From: an uncultured Planctomycetales bacterium
GTDB taxonomy: Bacteria; Omnitrophota; Gorgyraeia; Zapsychrales; JAHFFX01
NCBI GenBank assembly: GCA_964372915.1
Contig: CAYJRN010000004.1
Coordinates: 55,516-119,515 of the forward strand
Direction of reading: 5' to 3'
Length of the DNA: 64,000 bases
The first letter of the stretch is position 1. Each line of letters opens with the position of its first letter. This document shows positions 9,583 through 18,701 of this stretch, piece by piece. Below the pieces are notes generated by a model. That model worked only from the letters and a program-made list of their open reading frames with translations. It was not told the origin of the DNA and ran no database searches. The translations under genes and the position numbers were made by a program.

Positions 9583-10290
9583 ATGTCGTTTTGCTCCATA
9601 AGTTGTAGTCTTATTTATGATGCCGTGGATGAAAAAATAGTTATGGCCGTTGAGACAAAAATCCAAGCGCCATTAAAATTGCACTTAGGCTGCGGGACCA
9701 ACAAGCTTTCCGGATGGGTGAATATCGACTCGGTCAAGGGCTGTGGGCCGGATCAGGTTCTGGATTTGATGCAGCCTTTGCCGTATACAGATGAGAGTGT
9801 CGATGAAATCCTCGGCGAGGATTTGCTGGAACATTTTGACAAATACATGCGCTTTGTGGTTTTTGGCGAATGGGCCAGAGTTTTAAAAATTGGAGGGACG
9901 ATCACCGTACAGGTCCCCGATTTAGAGAAAATTTTATCAAAGCAACGCAAATTCGGTGGTCTTGAGAATTTTATGGATTTTATTTTTGGCGAAAATATGT
10001 GGCGCTCCGAAATTTATATAGGACACTTCGGCAATCACAAGTGCGGTTATTCTGACAAGTCACTACAGGAATTTGTATCGCATTTTGGAATTAAAACCGT
10101 CTCGTTAGAAACCGTTGGCTTCAATTTGCGTTTGACGGGGCACAAAGCCCGGCATGTTCCAGCGGAGGAACTCGATAAAATACTGATTCATTCCCACGCG
10201 AACGCGACCGGCATCGGCCAGGCCGATTTGTCGCTTGGGTTTGTGCGGGAGAAAATTAAACAGTTTCAGAAAAATATAGAAAGCGACTAA
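9583..10290 (+). CDS. Class I SAM-dependent methyltransferase-like protein (hypothetical)
   Basis: LKLHLGCGTNKLSGWVNID motif-I-like segment; likely true start near 9643 (MAVETK…); function unknown. Confidence 0.5.
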   Translation: MSFCSISCSLIYDAVDEKIVMAVETKIQAPLKLHLGCGTNKLSGWVNIDSVKGCGPDQVLDLMQPLPYTDESVDEILGEDLLEHFDKYMRFVVFGEWARVLKIGGTITVQVPDLEKILSKQRKFGGLENFMDFIFGENMWRSEIYIGHFGNHKCGYSDKSLQEFVSHFGIKTVSLETVGFNLRLTGHKARHVPAEELDKILIHSHANATGIGQADLSLGFVREKIKQFQKNIESD

Positions 10291-10292
10291 TT

Positions 10293-10366
10293 CGTCACAA
10301 GTCACAAGGTCACACGTCATAAGTAGTTTTTACTTGTGCCTTGTGTCTTGTGACATGTGACTTTTA
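10293..10366 (+). promoter_or_regulatory. Long imperfect hairpin built from tandem GTCACAAG / CTTGTGAC heptamer repeats, followed by TTTT; terminator or leader structure upstream of leuA
   Basis: gtcacaagtcacaaggtcacacgtcataagtag-ttttt-acttgtgccttgtgtcttgtgacatgtgac then ttttaagg, 12 nt before the leuA ATG. Confidence 0.45.
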
Positions 10367-10377
10367 AGGAATAACTT

Positions 10378-11889
10378 ATGAAAGACGAAAACAGAGTATT
10401 AATCTTCGATACCACCCTGCGCGACGGCGAACAGGCGCCGGGAGCGAGCATGACGGAAAAGGAAAAGCTCGAGATCGCGTTTGCTCTTGAGCGTCTGGGG
10501 GTCGATATTATCGAGGCCGGGTTTCCGATCAGTTCCGCAGGCGATTTTAATGCCGTCGCGATGGTCGCCAAGAACATCAAAACGTCCGTTGTGTGCGGAT
10601 TAGCCCGTTGCATCAAAAAAGACATCGATGCGGCCGGCGACGCCATCAAGGCCGCCAAACGCGGGCGCATTCACGTATTCCTTGCCACCTCGAAGATCCA
10701 TCTTCAATATAAATTCAAAAAAAGTGAAGAAGAGATCTTTCAGATGGCGGTTGATTCGGTTAAGTACGCGCGCGGCAAGACCGAGAACGTGGAATTTTCT
10801 CCCGAAGATGCCTCGCGTTCGGAGAAGTCCTTTCTGTACCATGTGCTCGAGGCGGTCATTGAAGCAGGAGCCACGACCGTCAATATTCCTGACACCGTCG
10901 GTTACGGCGTTCCTCAAGAATACGGAAAACTTATTACGGACATCAAGAATCATGTTCCCAACATTCACAAGGCCGTGATCTCGGCCCATTGCCACGACGA
11001 TCTGGGACTGGCGGTGGCCAATTCCATGGCGGCGATTCAAAACGGGGCAAGGCAAGTCGAATGCACTATTAATGGCGTGGGAGAGCGCGCCGGCAACGCC
11101 TCGATGGAAGAGATCGTCATGCAATTAAAGACCCGTCAGGATTTTTATAAGTGCACAACCGGCATTAACACCAAGGAGATTGCCCGCGTCTCGCGTTTGG
11201 TGAGTAAGGCGACCGGTTTTATCGTCCCGCCTAACAAGGCGATCGTGGGTGCCAATGCTTTTCGTCACGAGTCGGGCATCCATCAGGACGGAATACTCAA
11301 AGAACGCTCGACGTATGAAATCATGCAACCCGAAGATGTCGGGATTGTCGGAACCGGGGGCCTCGTTCTGGGGAAGCACTCCGGCCGTCATGCGTTCAAG
11401 GCCCGCTTAAAAAGTCTGGGAGTTGATCTCAGTGATTCGCAACTCGACAAGGCCTTTGAACGTTTCAAAACCGTGGCCGATAAGAAAAAACAGGTTTTTG
11501 ATGAAGACCTTCTGGCGATCGTTGAGGATGAGACCAAACTGGTTCGGGATACTTGGAGCTTAGTGAGCCTTAAGACCACCAGCGGCACTAATATCAAACC
11601 GCACGTGGAGGTGGTCCTTAAGTCCAAAGGCAAAACCTTTGAGGCCAGTTCTTCCGGTGATGGTCCCATCGATGCGTGTTACAAGGCCATTGACAGTATC
11701 ACCAACATGAAAGGCGAGCTTCTGGATTACTCGATCCAGTCCGTCACGCGCGGCCAAGACGCCTTAGGCGAGGTTACGCTCAAGGTTAAGATCAAGGACA
11801 AGAGCGTGATTGTCCACGGCGCCAGCACGGATATCCTCGAAGCCTCTGCCAAGGCCTATTTGAACGCCATCAACAAGGTGCTCTCATAA
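10378..11889 (+). CDS. leuA: 2-isopropylmalate synthase
   Basis: 503 aa; LRDGEQAPGASMT…HCHDDLGLAVANS… HMGL-like domain plus the LeuA dimerisation/regulatory C-terminus. Confidence 0.9.
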   Translation: MKDENRVLIFDTTLRDGEQAPGASMTEKEKLEIAFALERLGVDIIEAGFPISSAGDFNAVAMVAKNIKTSVVCGLARCIKKDIDAAGDAIKAAKRGRIHVFLATSKIHLQYKFKKSEEEIFQMAVDSVKYARGKTENVEFSPEDASRSEKSFLYHVLEAVIEAGATTVNIPDTVGYGVPQEYGKLITDIKNHVPNIHKAVISAHCHDDLGLAVANSMAAIQNGARQVECTINGVGERAGNASMEEIVMQLKTRQDFYKCTTGINTKEIARVSRLVSKATGFIVPPNKAIVGANAFRHESGIHQDGILKERSTYEIMQPEDVGIVGTGGLVLGKHSGRHAFKARLKSLGVDLSDSQLDKAFERFKTVADKKKQVFDEDLLAIVEDETKLVRDTWSLVSLKTTSGTNIKPHVEVVLKSKGKTFEASSSGDGPIDACYKAIDSITNMKGELLDYSIQSVTRGQDALGEVTLKVKIKDKSVIVHGASTDILEASAKAYLNAINKVLS

Positions 11890-11895
11890 GAATAG

Positions 11896-11946
11896 CCGGG
11901 GGCACCCCGCACCAAATTGGTGCGGGGCGCCCCCGGCAGTTTTTCC
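11896..11946 (+). terminator. Rho-independent terminator after leuA
   Basis: ccgggggcaccccgcacc-aaatt-ggtgcggggcgcccccgg followed by CAGTTTTTCC. Confidence 0.7.
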
Positions 11947-11947
11947 T

Positions 11948-12826
11948 ATGCAAAATCGCAAAGCTGTCTTCGGTATCATCGGGGATCCCCTCAGTCATAG
12001 CCTTTCTCCCGTCATGCATAATACGGCATTCAAGGAGCTCGGTTTGAATGCCGTCTACAAGCTCATTCCCTTGAAAGCAGAAGAATTGATGGTCTTTTTC
12101 GCGGCCTTGAAGGATGAGGAAAGCGACATCTTTGGGCTCAACGTGACGATCCCCTACAAGCAAAAGGTCGTCGAGTATATGGATTTTTTACAGCCGTTTG
12201 CCCAAGAGGTGAAGGCGGTCAACACCGTCGTTGTCTCGCCCAATCGGACCTTAACGGGAGTGAATACGGACGGACCCGGCTTTCTCGCGCACTTGGCGGA
12301 ACTTAAAGTTGATACGAAAAACAAAAAGATTGCCCTTTTAGGCGCCGGAGGGGCCGCGCGCGCGATCATCGCTTCGTTATGCCTTATTCCTGAAAGACCG
12401 TATTCCATTCGAGTCTACAATCACCATAAGGAAAAGACAGACGCGCTCATCAAAGATCTTAAGGAAAGAATGGATGTGAGCTTTGTAAGCTCGGTTGCTA
12501 CCCGCGAAGAATTAAACCTAGCATCGGCGGATTTGCTCATCAACGCCACTCCCTTGGGACTGAACAATGAGGATCCTTTGCCGATCGACGAGAATCTGAT
12601 CCATCGGAATTTGCTGGTGTACGACGTGATCTACAATCCTCAAGAAACGCGTTTACTGCGCGCGGCCCAAAAAAAAGGCGCTAAGACCGCCAACGGTCTT
12701 GGGATGTTGTTCTGTCAAGGGACACTTTCCTTTCATCACTGGATGGGATTTGAGCTGAGCGATAAAATCAAGATAAAAATGTGGAAAAGTCTTATTGACG
12801 ATTGTTCCTCTAAAAAGGATTTTTAA
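11948..12826 (+). CDS. aroE: Shikimate dehydrogenase
   Basis: VFGIIGDPLSHSLSPVMHN… substrate-binding N-terminus and GAGGAARA NADP motif. Confidence 0.85.
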   Translation: MQNRKAVFGIIGDPLSHSLSPVMHNTAFKELGLNAVYKLIPLKAEELMVFFAALKDEESDIFGLNVTIPYKQKVVEYMDFLQPFAQEVKAVNTVVVSPNRTLTGVNTDGPGFLAHLAELKVDTKNKKIALLGAGGAARAIIASLCLIPERPYSIRVYNHHKEKTDALIKDLKERMDVSFVSSVATREELNLASADLLINATPLGLNNEDPLPIDENLIHRNLLVYDVIYNPQETRLLRAAQKKGAKTANGLGMLFCQGTLSFHHWMGFELSDKIKIKMWKSLIDDCSSKKDF

Positions 12827-12828
12827 AA

Positions 12829-12936
12829 GAGAACAATCGTCGCCCCTGTTTTCCTTAAAACATATTCAGAGGAAACTGGGGCAGTCCTCACTTCCTCTGA
12901 AAATTTTTCAAAGGAAAGTGAGGGCGAGATACTGGC
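12829..12936. repeat. MITE-like repeat element C, copy 1 (forward)
   Basis: gagaacaatcgtcgcccctgttttccttaaaa…cctcacttcctctg…ggaaagtgagg…gatactggc is the reverse complement of 41919-42020 at ~90% identity; internal hairpin cctcacttcc/ggaaagtgagg. Confidence 0.7.
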
Positions 12937-12989
12937 TACCATAACTGTATTTAGAAAAGAAAAAGCCAGTAAAGAAGGAAGGCGGTAAC

Positions 12990-13991
12990 GTGGCGGAACT
13001 TGATCTCTTCTTCAAAATTTTCTTTTTTCTCTTTGGCGCGATTGTTGGGAGCTTTCTTAATGTCTGCATCGTGCGTCTTCCTCAAGGACAATCGGTGGTG
13101 GCGCCGCGGTCGCGCTGTGTCCACTGCGAGAAAACAATTCCTTGGCACGACAATATTCCGTTGATCAGTTATGTTCGGCTCGGCGGCAGATGCCGGTTTT
13201 GCAAAAAGAAAGTTTCGTTCCGTTATTTTTTGGTGGAATCGTTGACGGCCGCCGCGTTTGTTTTATTCTACAAAACTTTTGGGCTGACACCGTTGTTGTT
13301 GCCCTATCTTCTTTTGACGTGCGGCTTCATTGCTGCCACCTTCATTGATTTGGAGCACCGCATTATTCCCGATGAAATCACCATCGGAGGAATGTTCGCA
13401 GGTCTTGCCTTAAGTATATTCATTCCGCAGATGCAGGATACGGCGGTTTGGACGATTTCCAGCGGACGGGTCCTCATGCGGATTCTGGTGGCAATCTTTT
13501 TTGTGGCGTATTTTTTGAATTTTTTCATCAAAAAAGAACCGATCCTCAAAGAGGACAATGAGCTTTTTATTTTTATTGGGATTTTGTTTTTGGTTGATGT
13601 CTTTATAGGCCTGTCTATCCGTCCGGGAGATGTCCTTGATGGAATCAAAGCGTACATGATCAACCTGGATGCTTCACTGCTGGGGCTTTTGGTCGGCGGG
13701 GGTCTCATTTATTCGATGGGGATGCTGGGTGATTTTCTTTTTAAGAAGGAATCGATGGGCGGCGGGGACGTCAAACTTTTAGCCATGATCGGCGCGTTTT
13801 TAGGCTGGAAGTTGGCCGTGCTATCGTTTTTTATCGCTCCTGTCTTTGGGGCCTTAGTAGGTATTGTGATAAAAATCAAGACGAACGAAAGTGTCATCGC
13901 CTACGGGCCGTTCCTGTCGCTGGGGGCGCTCATGAGTATATTCTGGGGCGATGCAATTCTAGCTTGGATTTTGGCAGGTCATGGGTTATAG
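12990..13991 (+). CDS. Prepilin peptidase (A24 family leader peptidase / N-methyltransferase)
   Basis: N-terminal tetra-Cys motif CVHC…CRFC, polytopic membrane body, GGGDVKLLAMIGAFLGW catalytic region. Confidence 0.75.
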   Translation: MAELDLFFKIFFFLFGAIVGSFLNVCIVRLPQGQSVVAPRSRCVHCEKTIPWHDNIPLISYVRLGGRCRFCKKKVSFRYFLVESLTAAAFVLFYKTFGLTPLLLPYLLLTCGFIAATFIDLEHRIIPDEITIGGMFAGLALSIFIPQMQDTAVWTISSGRVLMRILVAIFFVAYFLNFFIKKEPILKEDNELFIFIGILFLVDVFIGLSIRPGDVLDGIKAYMINLDASLLGLLVGGGLIYSMGMLGDFLFKKESMGGGDVKLLAMIGAFLGWKLAVLSFFIAPVFGALVGIVIKIKTNESVIAYGPFLSLGALMSIFWGDAILAWILAGHGL

Positions 13992-14066
13992 TAACGTAAG
14001 AGTTTTCCTCTTCGGCAGCTTCTTTTTTCCACCTCCCAAGAAAATTTGAGTTAGCCGGCATATCTT

Positions 14067-14095
14067 TTGACAGGTTCTTCCTCTCGTGTTAAAAT
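14067..14095 (+). promoter_or_regulatory. Sigma70-like promoter for aroK (predicted leaderless transcript)
   Basis: TTGACA (14067-14072), 17-nt spacer, TAAAAT (14090-14095); predicted TSS ~14102-14104, coinciding with the aroK ATG at 14104. Confidence 0.45.
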
Positions 14096-14103
14096 CTGCC
14101 CAT

Positions 14104-14610
14104 ATGATAAAGAACATTGTTTTGATTGGATTTATGGGTGCTGGTAAGTCTTTGGTGTCCAATAGTTTAGCAAAAGAACTCAACCGAGAAAGAATTTCGA
14201 CGGATGAGTGGATCGAGAAAAAAGAAGGAAAGACCATTACCGAAATCTTTCGGGATTCCGGAGAAAGACACTTTCGCAGGCTTGAAGAAGACCTGGTCCG
14301 GGAGCTCAGCCATCGAGAGAACCTTATCATCGACTGCGGCGGCGGCGTTGCTGCCAATCAGAAAAACCTCGACTTTCTTAAGAACAATGGAATTCTTTTT
14401 TATCTCAAAATTTCTCCGGCCGTCGTCTATAAACGGGTGAAGAATAATCCCCATCGGCCATTATTGCAAGGGGCGGAGCCCCTCAAGAAAATCGAAGAAT
14501 TGCTCAAAGCCAGAAGTCTATTTTATGAACAGGCTGATTTTATTATTGATACCGACACGCACCGCATCGAAGACACGGTGCGCGAGGTTTTGAGGCTGTT
14601 GCCGAAATGA
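14104..14610 (+). CDS. aroK: Shikimate kinase
   Basis: MIKNIVLIGFMGAGKSLVS P-loop at the N-terminus; alternative GTG start at 14086. Confidence 0.85.
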   Translation: MIKNIVLIGFMGAGKSLVSNSLAKELNRERISTDEWIEKKEGKTITEIFRDSGERHFRRLEEDLVRELSHRENLIIDCGGGVAANQKNLDFLKNNGILFYLKISPAVVYKRVKNNPHRPLLQGAEPLKKIEELLKARSLFYEQADFIIDTDTHRIEDTVREVLRLLPK

Positions 14611-15734
14611 ACGAACGTGAATCCATTCTCATCTTAAACAGCATCCCGGGGTTGGGAAATGCTCGGGTCCGAGGACTGATCGATCGTTTTGGTTCCCCCG
14701 CAGGTGTCTTGGCCCAATCCCCCCGAGAACTGGCGCGAGAGAAGAGTATTTCTTTTGAACTCGCCCAGAGCATCGCGAGTTTTTCCAAGGATGGATATTT
14801 AGAAAGAGAATGTCGCTTTATCGAAAAAAATCGCGTTCGAGTGATGACCTTCCATGATGCCGATTATCCGTCGAGGTTGAAGGAAATCCCGGACGCTCCG
14901 GTTGTGCTTTTTGTAAAAGGGGAATTGCCGGAAGAGATCGATTTTTCAATTGCGGTCGTAGGCTCACGCCAGGCGTCCGTTTATGGATTGACCACGGCAC
15001 AGAAGTTCTCCTGTGACTTGGCCCAAATGGGGATGGTCGTTGTTTCGGGGCTGGCCAGAGGCATTGATACCGCGGCCCACCGCGGAGCGCTTAAAGCCCG
15101 CGGCAAGACAATCGCGGTTTTAGGCTGCGGTCTGGCGCATGTTTATCCGTCGGAAAATAAAAAGCTGTTTGAGGAAATCGCGGAATCAGGCGCGATCATT
15201 TCAGAGTTCTCTTCCCAAGTTCCGCCGGCGACTTTTAATTTCCCGCGGCGGAACAGAATCATCAGCGGTCTGTCCTTGGGCGTTATTGTTGTTGAGGCTT
15301 CTTTAAAAAGCGGGGCTCTGATCACGGCGGATTTTGCGCTGGAGCAGGGGCGCGAGGTCTTCGCGGTTCCCGGCAAGGTGGATAACCCGACGGCCCAGGG
15401 CACGCATAAGCTCATCAAGCAGGGAGCGAAGCTCGTCAGTAGCGTGGATGATGTTCTTGAAGAACTGAAAAATGATTTGAAAGAAGAGCTTCTCAAAAGA
15501 AAAAGCCTGCTTTTTCCAGCGCCCGTTCAAAGAAATTTCAAAACGCCCGGGGGCTTATCGGCTCAAGAGGTCACAGTTGTTGAGTGCGTTGCCGACGAGC
15601 CGGTCCACATCGACAATATTTCTTCAAAAAGCGGTTTGAAAGAGTCTCTGGTCGGCGCGATTTTGCTGCAGTTGGAATTAAAACGCATCGTAAAACAATT
15701 ACCCGGAAAGATGTTTGTAAGGAACAATATATGA
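14607..15734 (+). CDS. dprA: DNA processing protein DprA (Smf)
   Basis: 375 aa; Rossmann-like DprA core (…VVSGLARGIDTAAHRGALKA…) and the conserved smf-topA adjacency. Confidence 0.8.
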   Translation: MNERESILILNSIPGLGNARVRGLIDRFGSPAGVLAQSPRELAREKSISFELAQSIASFSKDGYLERECRFIEKNRVRVMTFHDADYPSRLKEIPDAPVVLFVKGELPEEIDFSIAVVGSRQASVYGLTTAQKFSCDLAQMGMVVVSGLARGIDTAAHRGALKARGKTIAVLGCGLAHVYPSENKKLFEEIAESGAIISEFSSQVPPATFNFPRRNRIISGLSLGVIVVEASLKSGALITADFALEQGREVFAVPGKVDNPTAQGTHKLIKQGAKLVSSVDDVLEELKNDLKEELLKRKSLLFPAPVQRNFKTPGGLSAQEVTVVECVADEPVHIDNISSKSGLKESLVGAILLQLELKRIVKQLPGKMFVRNNI

Positions 15735-17719
15735 TCCAATCGCTTGTCATCGTCGAGTCTCCCGCTAAGGTCAAGACCATCAACAAAATTCTCGGGAGTA
15801 AATATAAGGTCGTGTCTTCAATGGGCCACCTTATTGATTTGCCCAAATCGAAACTGGGTGTTGACATTGAAAATGATTTTAACCCGAAGCTGGTTGTCGT
15901 CAAAGCCAAACAGAAGATTCTGACCCAGCTTAAGAAAGACGCGCAATCTAAAAAAGAGATTTATATCGCCACCGATCCCGACCGCGAGGGGGAGGCCATC
16001 GGCTGGAACATCATCAGTCACATTGGCGATGGGAAAAAATACTACCGTGTGACCTTCCACGAAATCACCAAAGACGCCGTCTTGAAAGCGTTTGAAAACC
16101 CCAGAGAGTTTGATACCAAAAAGATCGACGCGCAGGTCGCGCGCCGGGTACTGGATCGCATCGTCGGCTACCAGATCAGCCCCTTACTCTGGAAGAAGGT
16201 TGGCTCCCGGCTCAGCGCCGGGCGCGTGCAGTCGGTGGCGCTGCGTTTGATCGTCGAACGCGAGCGCTCCATCAAAAGTTTTGTCCCGCAGGAATACTGG
16301 GAGATCGCCGTGGATCTTAAGAAAGACGGTTACGAAGACATCTTGGTCGCCGCGCTTGAAAAGATCGACGGACAGAGGGCGGAGCTAAAAAACAAAGAGT
16401 TGACGGAACGTATCGTCGAAGAAATCAAAAAACAGCAGTTCGCCGTTTCTCAGATTACCCAGCGCGAGGTCAAGCGTAACCCCTCGCCGCCTTTGATTAC
16501 CAGTACCATGCAGCAGGAGGCTTTCAATAAACTGGGCTTCAACGCGCAAAAGACCATGATGATCGCTCAGCAGCTTTACGAAGGGGTTGAGATCGGCTCA
16601 GATGAGACGACGGGTCTTATCACCTACATGAGAACCGACTCGGTGAACATTTCCAAAGAAGCCATGGAAAAGGTTCGCGCCTACATCAGCAAGACTTATG
16701 GTGAAAAATATCTTCCTGAAAAGCCCAACGTTTACAAATCGAGAAAGTCCGCGCAAGAAGCCCACGAGGCCATTCGTCCGACGGATGTGACGCGTAAGCC
16801 CCAGGACATCAAGAATTTTCTCGATGAGGATCAATACAAACTTTATGAACTTGTCTGGCGAAGGTTTGTCAGCTCTCAAATGGTACCGGCGGTTTATCAA
16901 TATAAAAAGATTGAGATCGTCGCTGGAGTGTTTACCTTTGGGACTTCCGGCTCCACACTTCTTTTTGATGGTTTTCTGGCGCTTTCCGCCGAGGATCGTG
17001 AACAGGAAGAGAAGCTTGATTTGACGCATTATGCAAAAGGAGACGCCTTGAGCCTTCAAGAGGTTCATCCTAGTCAGCATTTCACCAAACCGCCGGCCCG
17101 CTATTCGGAAGCAAGTTTGGTCAAAGCCCTTGAAGAGAACGGCATCGGCCGGCCGAGCACGTATGCCTCGATCATCTATACGCTGGTCTTAAGGAATTAT
17201 GTTATGCGTGAACGAGGTTATTTCATGGCAACGGAATTGGGAATGCTCATTTGCGATCTCTTAGTCGAATATTTTCCCAAAATCATGGACATTGGGTTCA
17301 CGGCGACGATGGAAGAAAATCTCGATCGCATTGAAGAGGGAGACCTCGAGTATCAGAAACTGCTGCACGAATTTTATCAGCCTTTTAAGGAAGAACTCGA
17401 TTATGCCATGGAAAACATCGTGAAGACCCAGAATTTTATCGACCGTACCTGTCCGCAATGCGGCAAAAAAATGACTATCAAATGGGGGCGCAAAGGGAAA
17501 TTTTTAAGCTGTTCCGGATTTCCCGAATGCAAATTCGCGGAACCTTTTCGTACCGGCGTCAAGTGCCCCGAACCTAATTGTCCCGGGGAGCTCGTCGAGC
17601 GACGCTCCAAGCGCGGCGCGGTTTTTTATGGGTGCAGCAATTATCCGGAGTGCAAGCACATCGAAAACAAATTGCCGGAAAAGCAAGCAAATATCGAGGC
17701 GGATGATCTGGACGTTTGA
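15731..17719 (+). CDS. topA: DNA topoisomerase I
   Basis: Start MIQSLVIVESPAKVKTINKILG (TOPRIM); C-terminal CPQCGKKM…CPEPNCPGE…CSNYPEC zinc ribbons; ATGA overlap with the dprA stop. Confidence 0.9.
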   Translation: MIQSLVIVESPAKVKTINKILGSKYKVVSSMGHLIDLPKSKLGVDIENDFNPKLVVVKAKQKILTQLKKDAQSKKEIYIATDPDREGEAIGWNIISHIGDGKKYYRVTFHEITKDAVLKAFENPREFDTKKIDAQVARRVLDRIVGYQISPLLWKKVGSRLSAGRVQSVALRLIVERERSIKSFVPQEYWEIAVDLKKDGYEDILVAALEKIDGQRAELKNKELTERIVEEIKKQQFAVSQITQREVKRNPSPPLITSTMQQEAFNKLGFNAQKTMMIAQQLYEGVEIGSDETTGLITYMRTDSVNISKEAMEKVRAYISKTYGEKYLPEKPNVYKSRKSAQEAHEAIRPTDVTRKPQDIKNFLDEDQYKLYELVWRRFVSSQMVPAVYQYKKIEIVAGVFTFGTSGSTLLFDGFLALSAEDREQEEKLDLTHYAKGDALSLQEVHPSQHFTKPPARYSEASLVKALEENGIGRPSTYASIIYTLVLRNYVMRERGYFMATELGMLICDLLVEYFPKIMDIGFTATMEENLDRIEEGDLEYQKLLHEFYQPFKEELDYAMENIVKTQNFIDRTCPQCGKKMTIKWGRKGKFLSCSGFPECKFAEPFRTGVKCPEPNCPGELVERRSKRGAVFYGCSNYPECKHIENKLPEKQANIEADDLDV

Positions 17720-17827
17720 ACTGATAATGAACCTATCCGATAACGAAAAACGAGACGCGGTAAAGTTTATTCAGGAAGGTAAACCTTTGTCTGAGAAATA
17801 TCGATTTTTTCAAGCGGTAAGGCACTT

Positions 17828-18688
17828 ATGAACCGATACCTTGACAAATTTCTCTCTTATCTTGAAATTGAGAAGAATTATTCTTCGCATACGCTTCTTA
17901 ACTACCGGCTCGACCTTGAGGATTTCTTGAAGTTTTCCACCGAGACGCCCATTGAGAGCGTGGATTACCTTTTGTTGAGAAAATATTTGGCTCACCTGCG
18001 CATCAAGGAGCCTCGGCCTCGGACGCTGGCTCGCAAACTTTCCTCCTTGAGGAGTTTTTTTAAATTCCTGCAACGGGAAAATCATGTGAAGGATAATCCG
18101 GCGGTGCTTTTGCAGACGCCGAAGCTCGATAAAAAGTTGCCGAAATTTTTGAGTGAAAACGAAATGGTTCAGCTCATCGAAGCGCCGCCGGTTGACAGCT
18201 TGAGCGGAAAACGCGACCGGGCGATTTTTGAGGTTCTCTATTCAACGGGAATACGCGTGAGTGAACTGGTGTCTTTGAACATCGACAGCGTGGATTTTAT
18301 CGGGAATATCGTCAAGGTGATGGGTAAGGGGAAGAAAGAACGATTGGCCCCGATCGGGGACAAGGCCCTGGAGGCGATTCAGGATTATTTGAACAATCGA
18401 AAAAATCCATCGACGGCGATTTTTTTGAACCAGAACGGCAAAAGGCTCACCACGCGCAGTATCTTGAATATCACCAACAAGTACATTGGGATTGCAAGCA
18501 TCAAAATCAAAGTTTCTCCACACGTTCTCCGTCACTCCTTTGCCACACACTTACTCAACCGCGGCGCGGACCTGCGTTCGGTCCAGGAACTCTTGGGACA
18601 CGTCAATCTTTCCACCACCCAGATCTATACCCACGTCACGACGGAACGCCTCAAAAATGTTTATGATAAAGCTCATCCAAGAGCATAG
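17828..18688 (+). CDS. Tyrosine site-specific recombinase XerC/XerD family
   Basis: …HVLRHSFATHLLNRGADLRSVQELLGHVNLSTTQIYTHV… catalytic R-H-R-Y region. Confidence 0.85.
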   Translation: MNRYLDKFLSYLEIEKNYSSHTLLNYRLDLEDFLKFSTETPIESVDYLLLRKYLAHLRIKEPRPRTLARKLSSLRSFFKFLQRENHVKDNPAVLLQTPKLDKKLPKFLSENEMVQLIEAPPVDSLSGKRDRAIFEVLYSTGIRVSELVSLNIDSVDFIGNIVKVMGKGKKERLAPIGDKALEAIQDYLNNRKNPSTAIFLNQNGKRLTTRSILNITNKYIGIASIKIKVSPHVLRHSFATHLLNRGADLRSVQELLGHVNLSTTQIYTHVTTERLKNVYDKAHPRA

Positions 18689-18701
18689 TTTTTCTTAAAA
18701 T

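Noticed and set aside
17628-17831. 67-aa ORF overlapping the topA 3' end (contains a 34-aa MNLSDNEKRDAVKF… peptide in the topA-xer gap)
   Set aside because: Mostly overlaps the topA coding sequence in another frame. The 34-aa intergenic part has no recognisable motif or RBS. It may deserve ribosome-profiling attention but is unsupported here.
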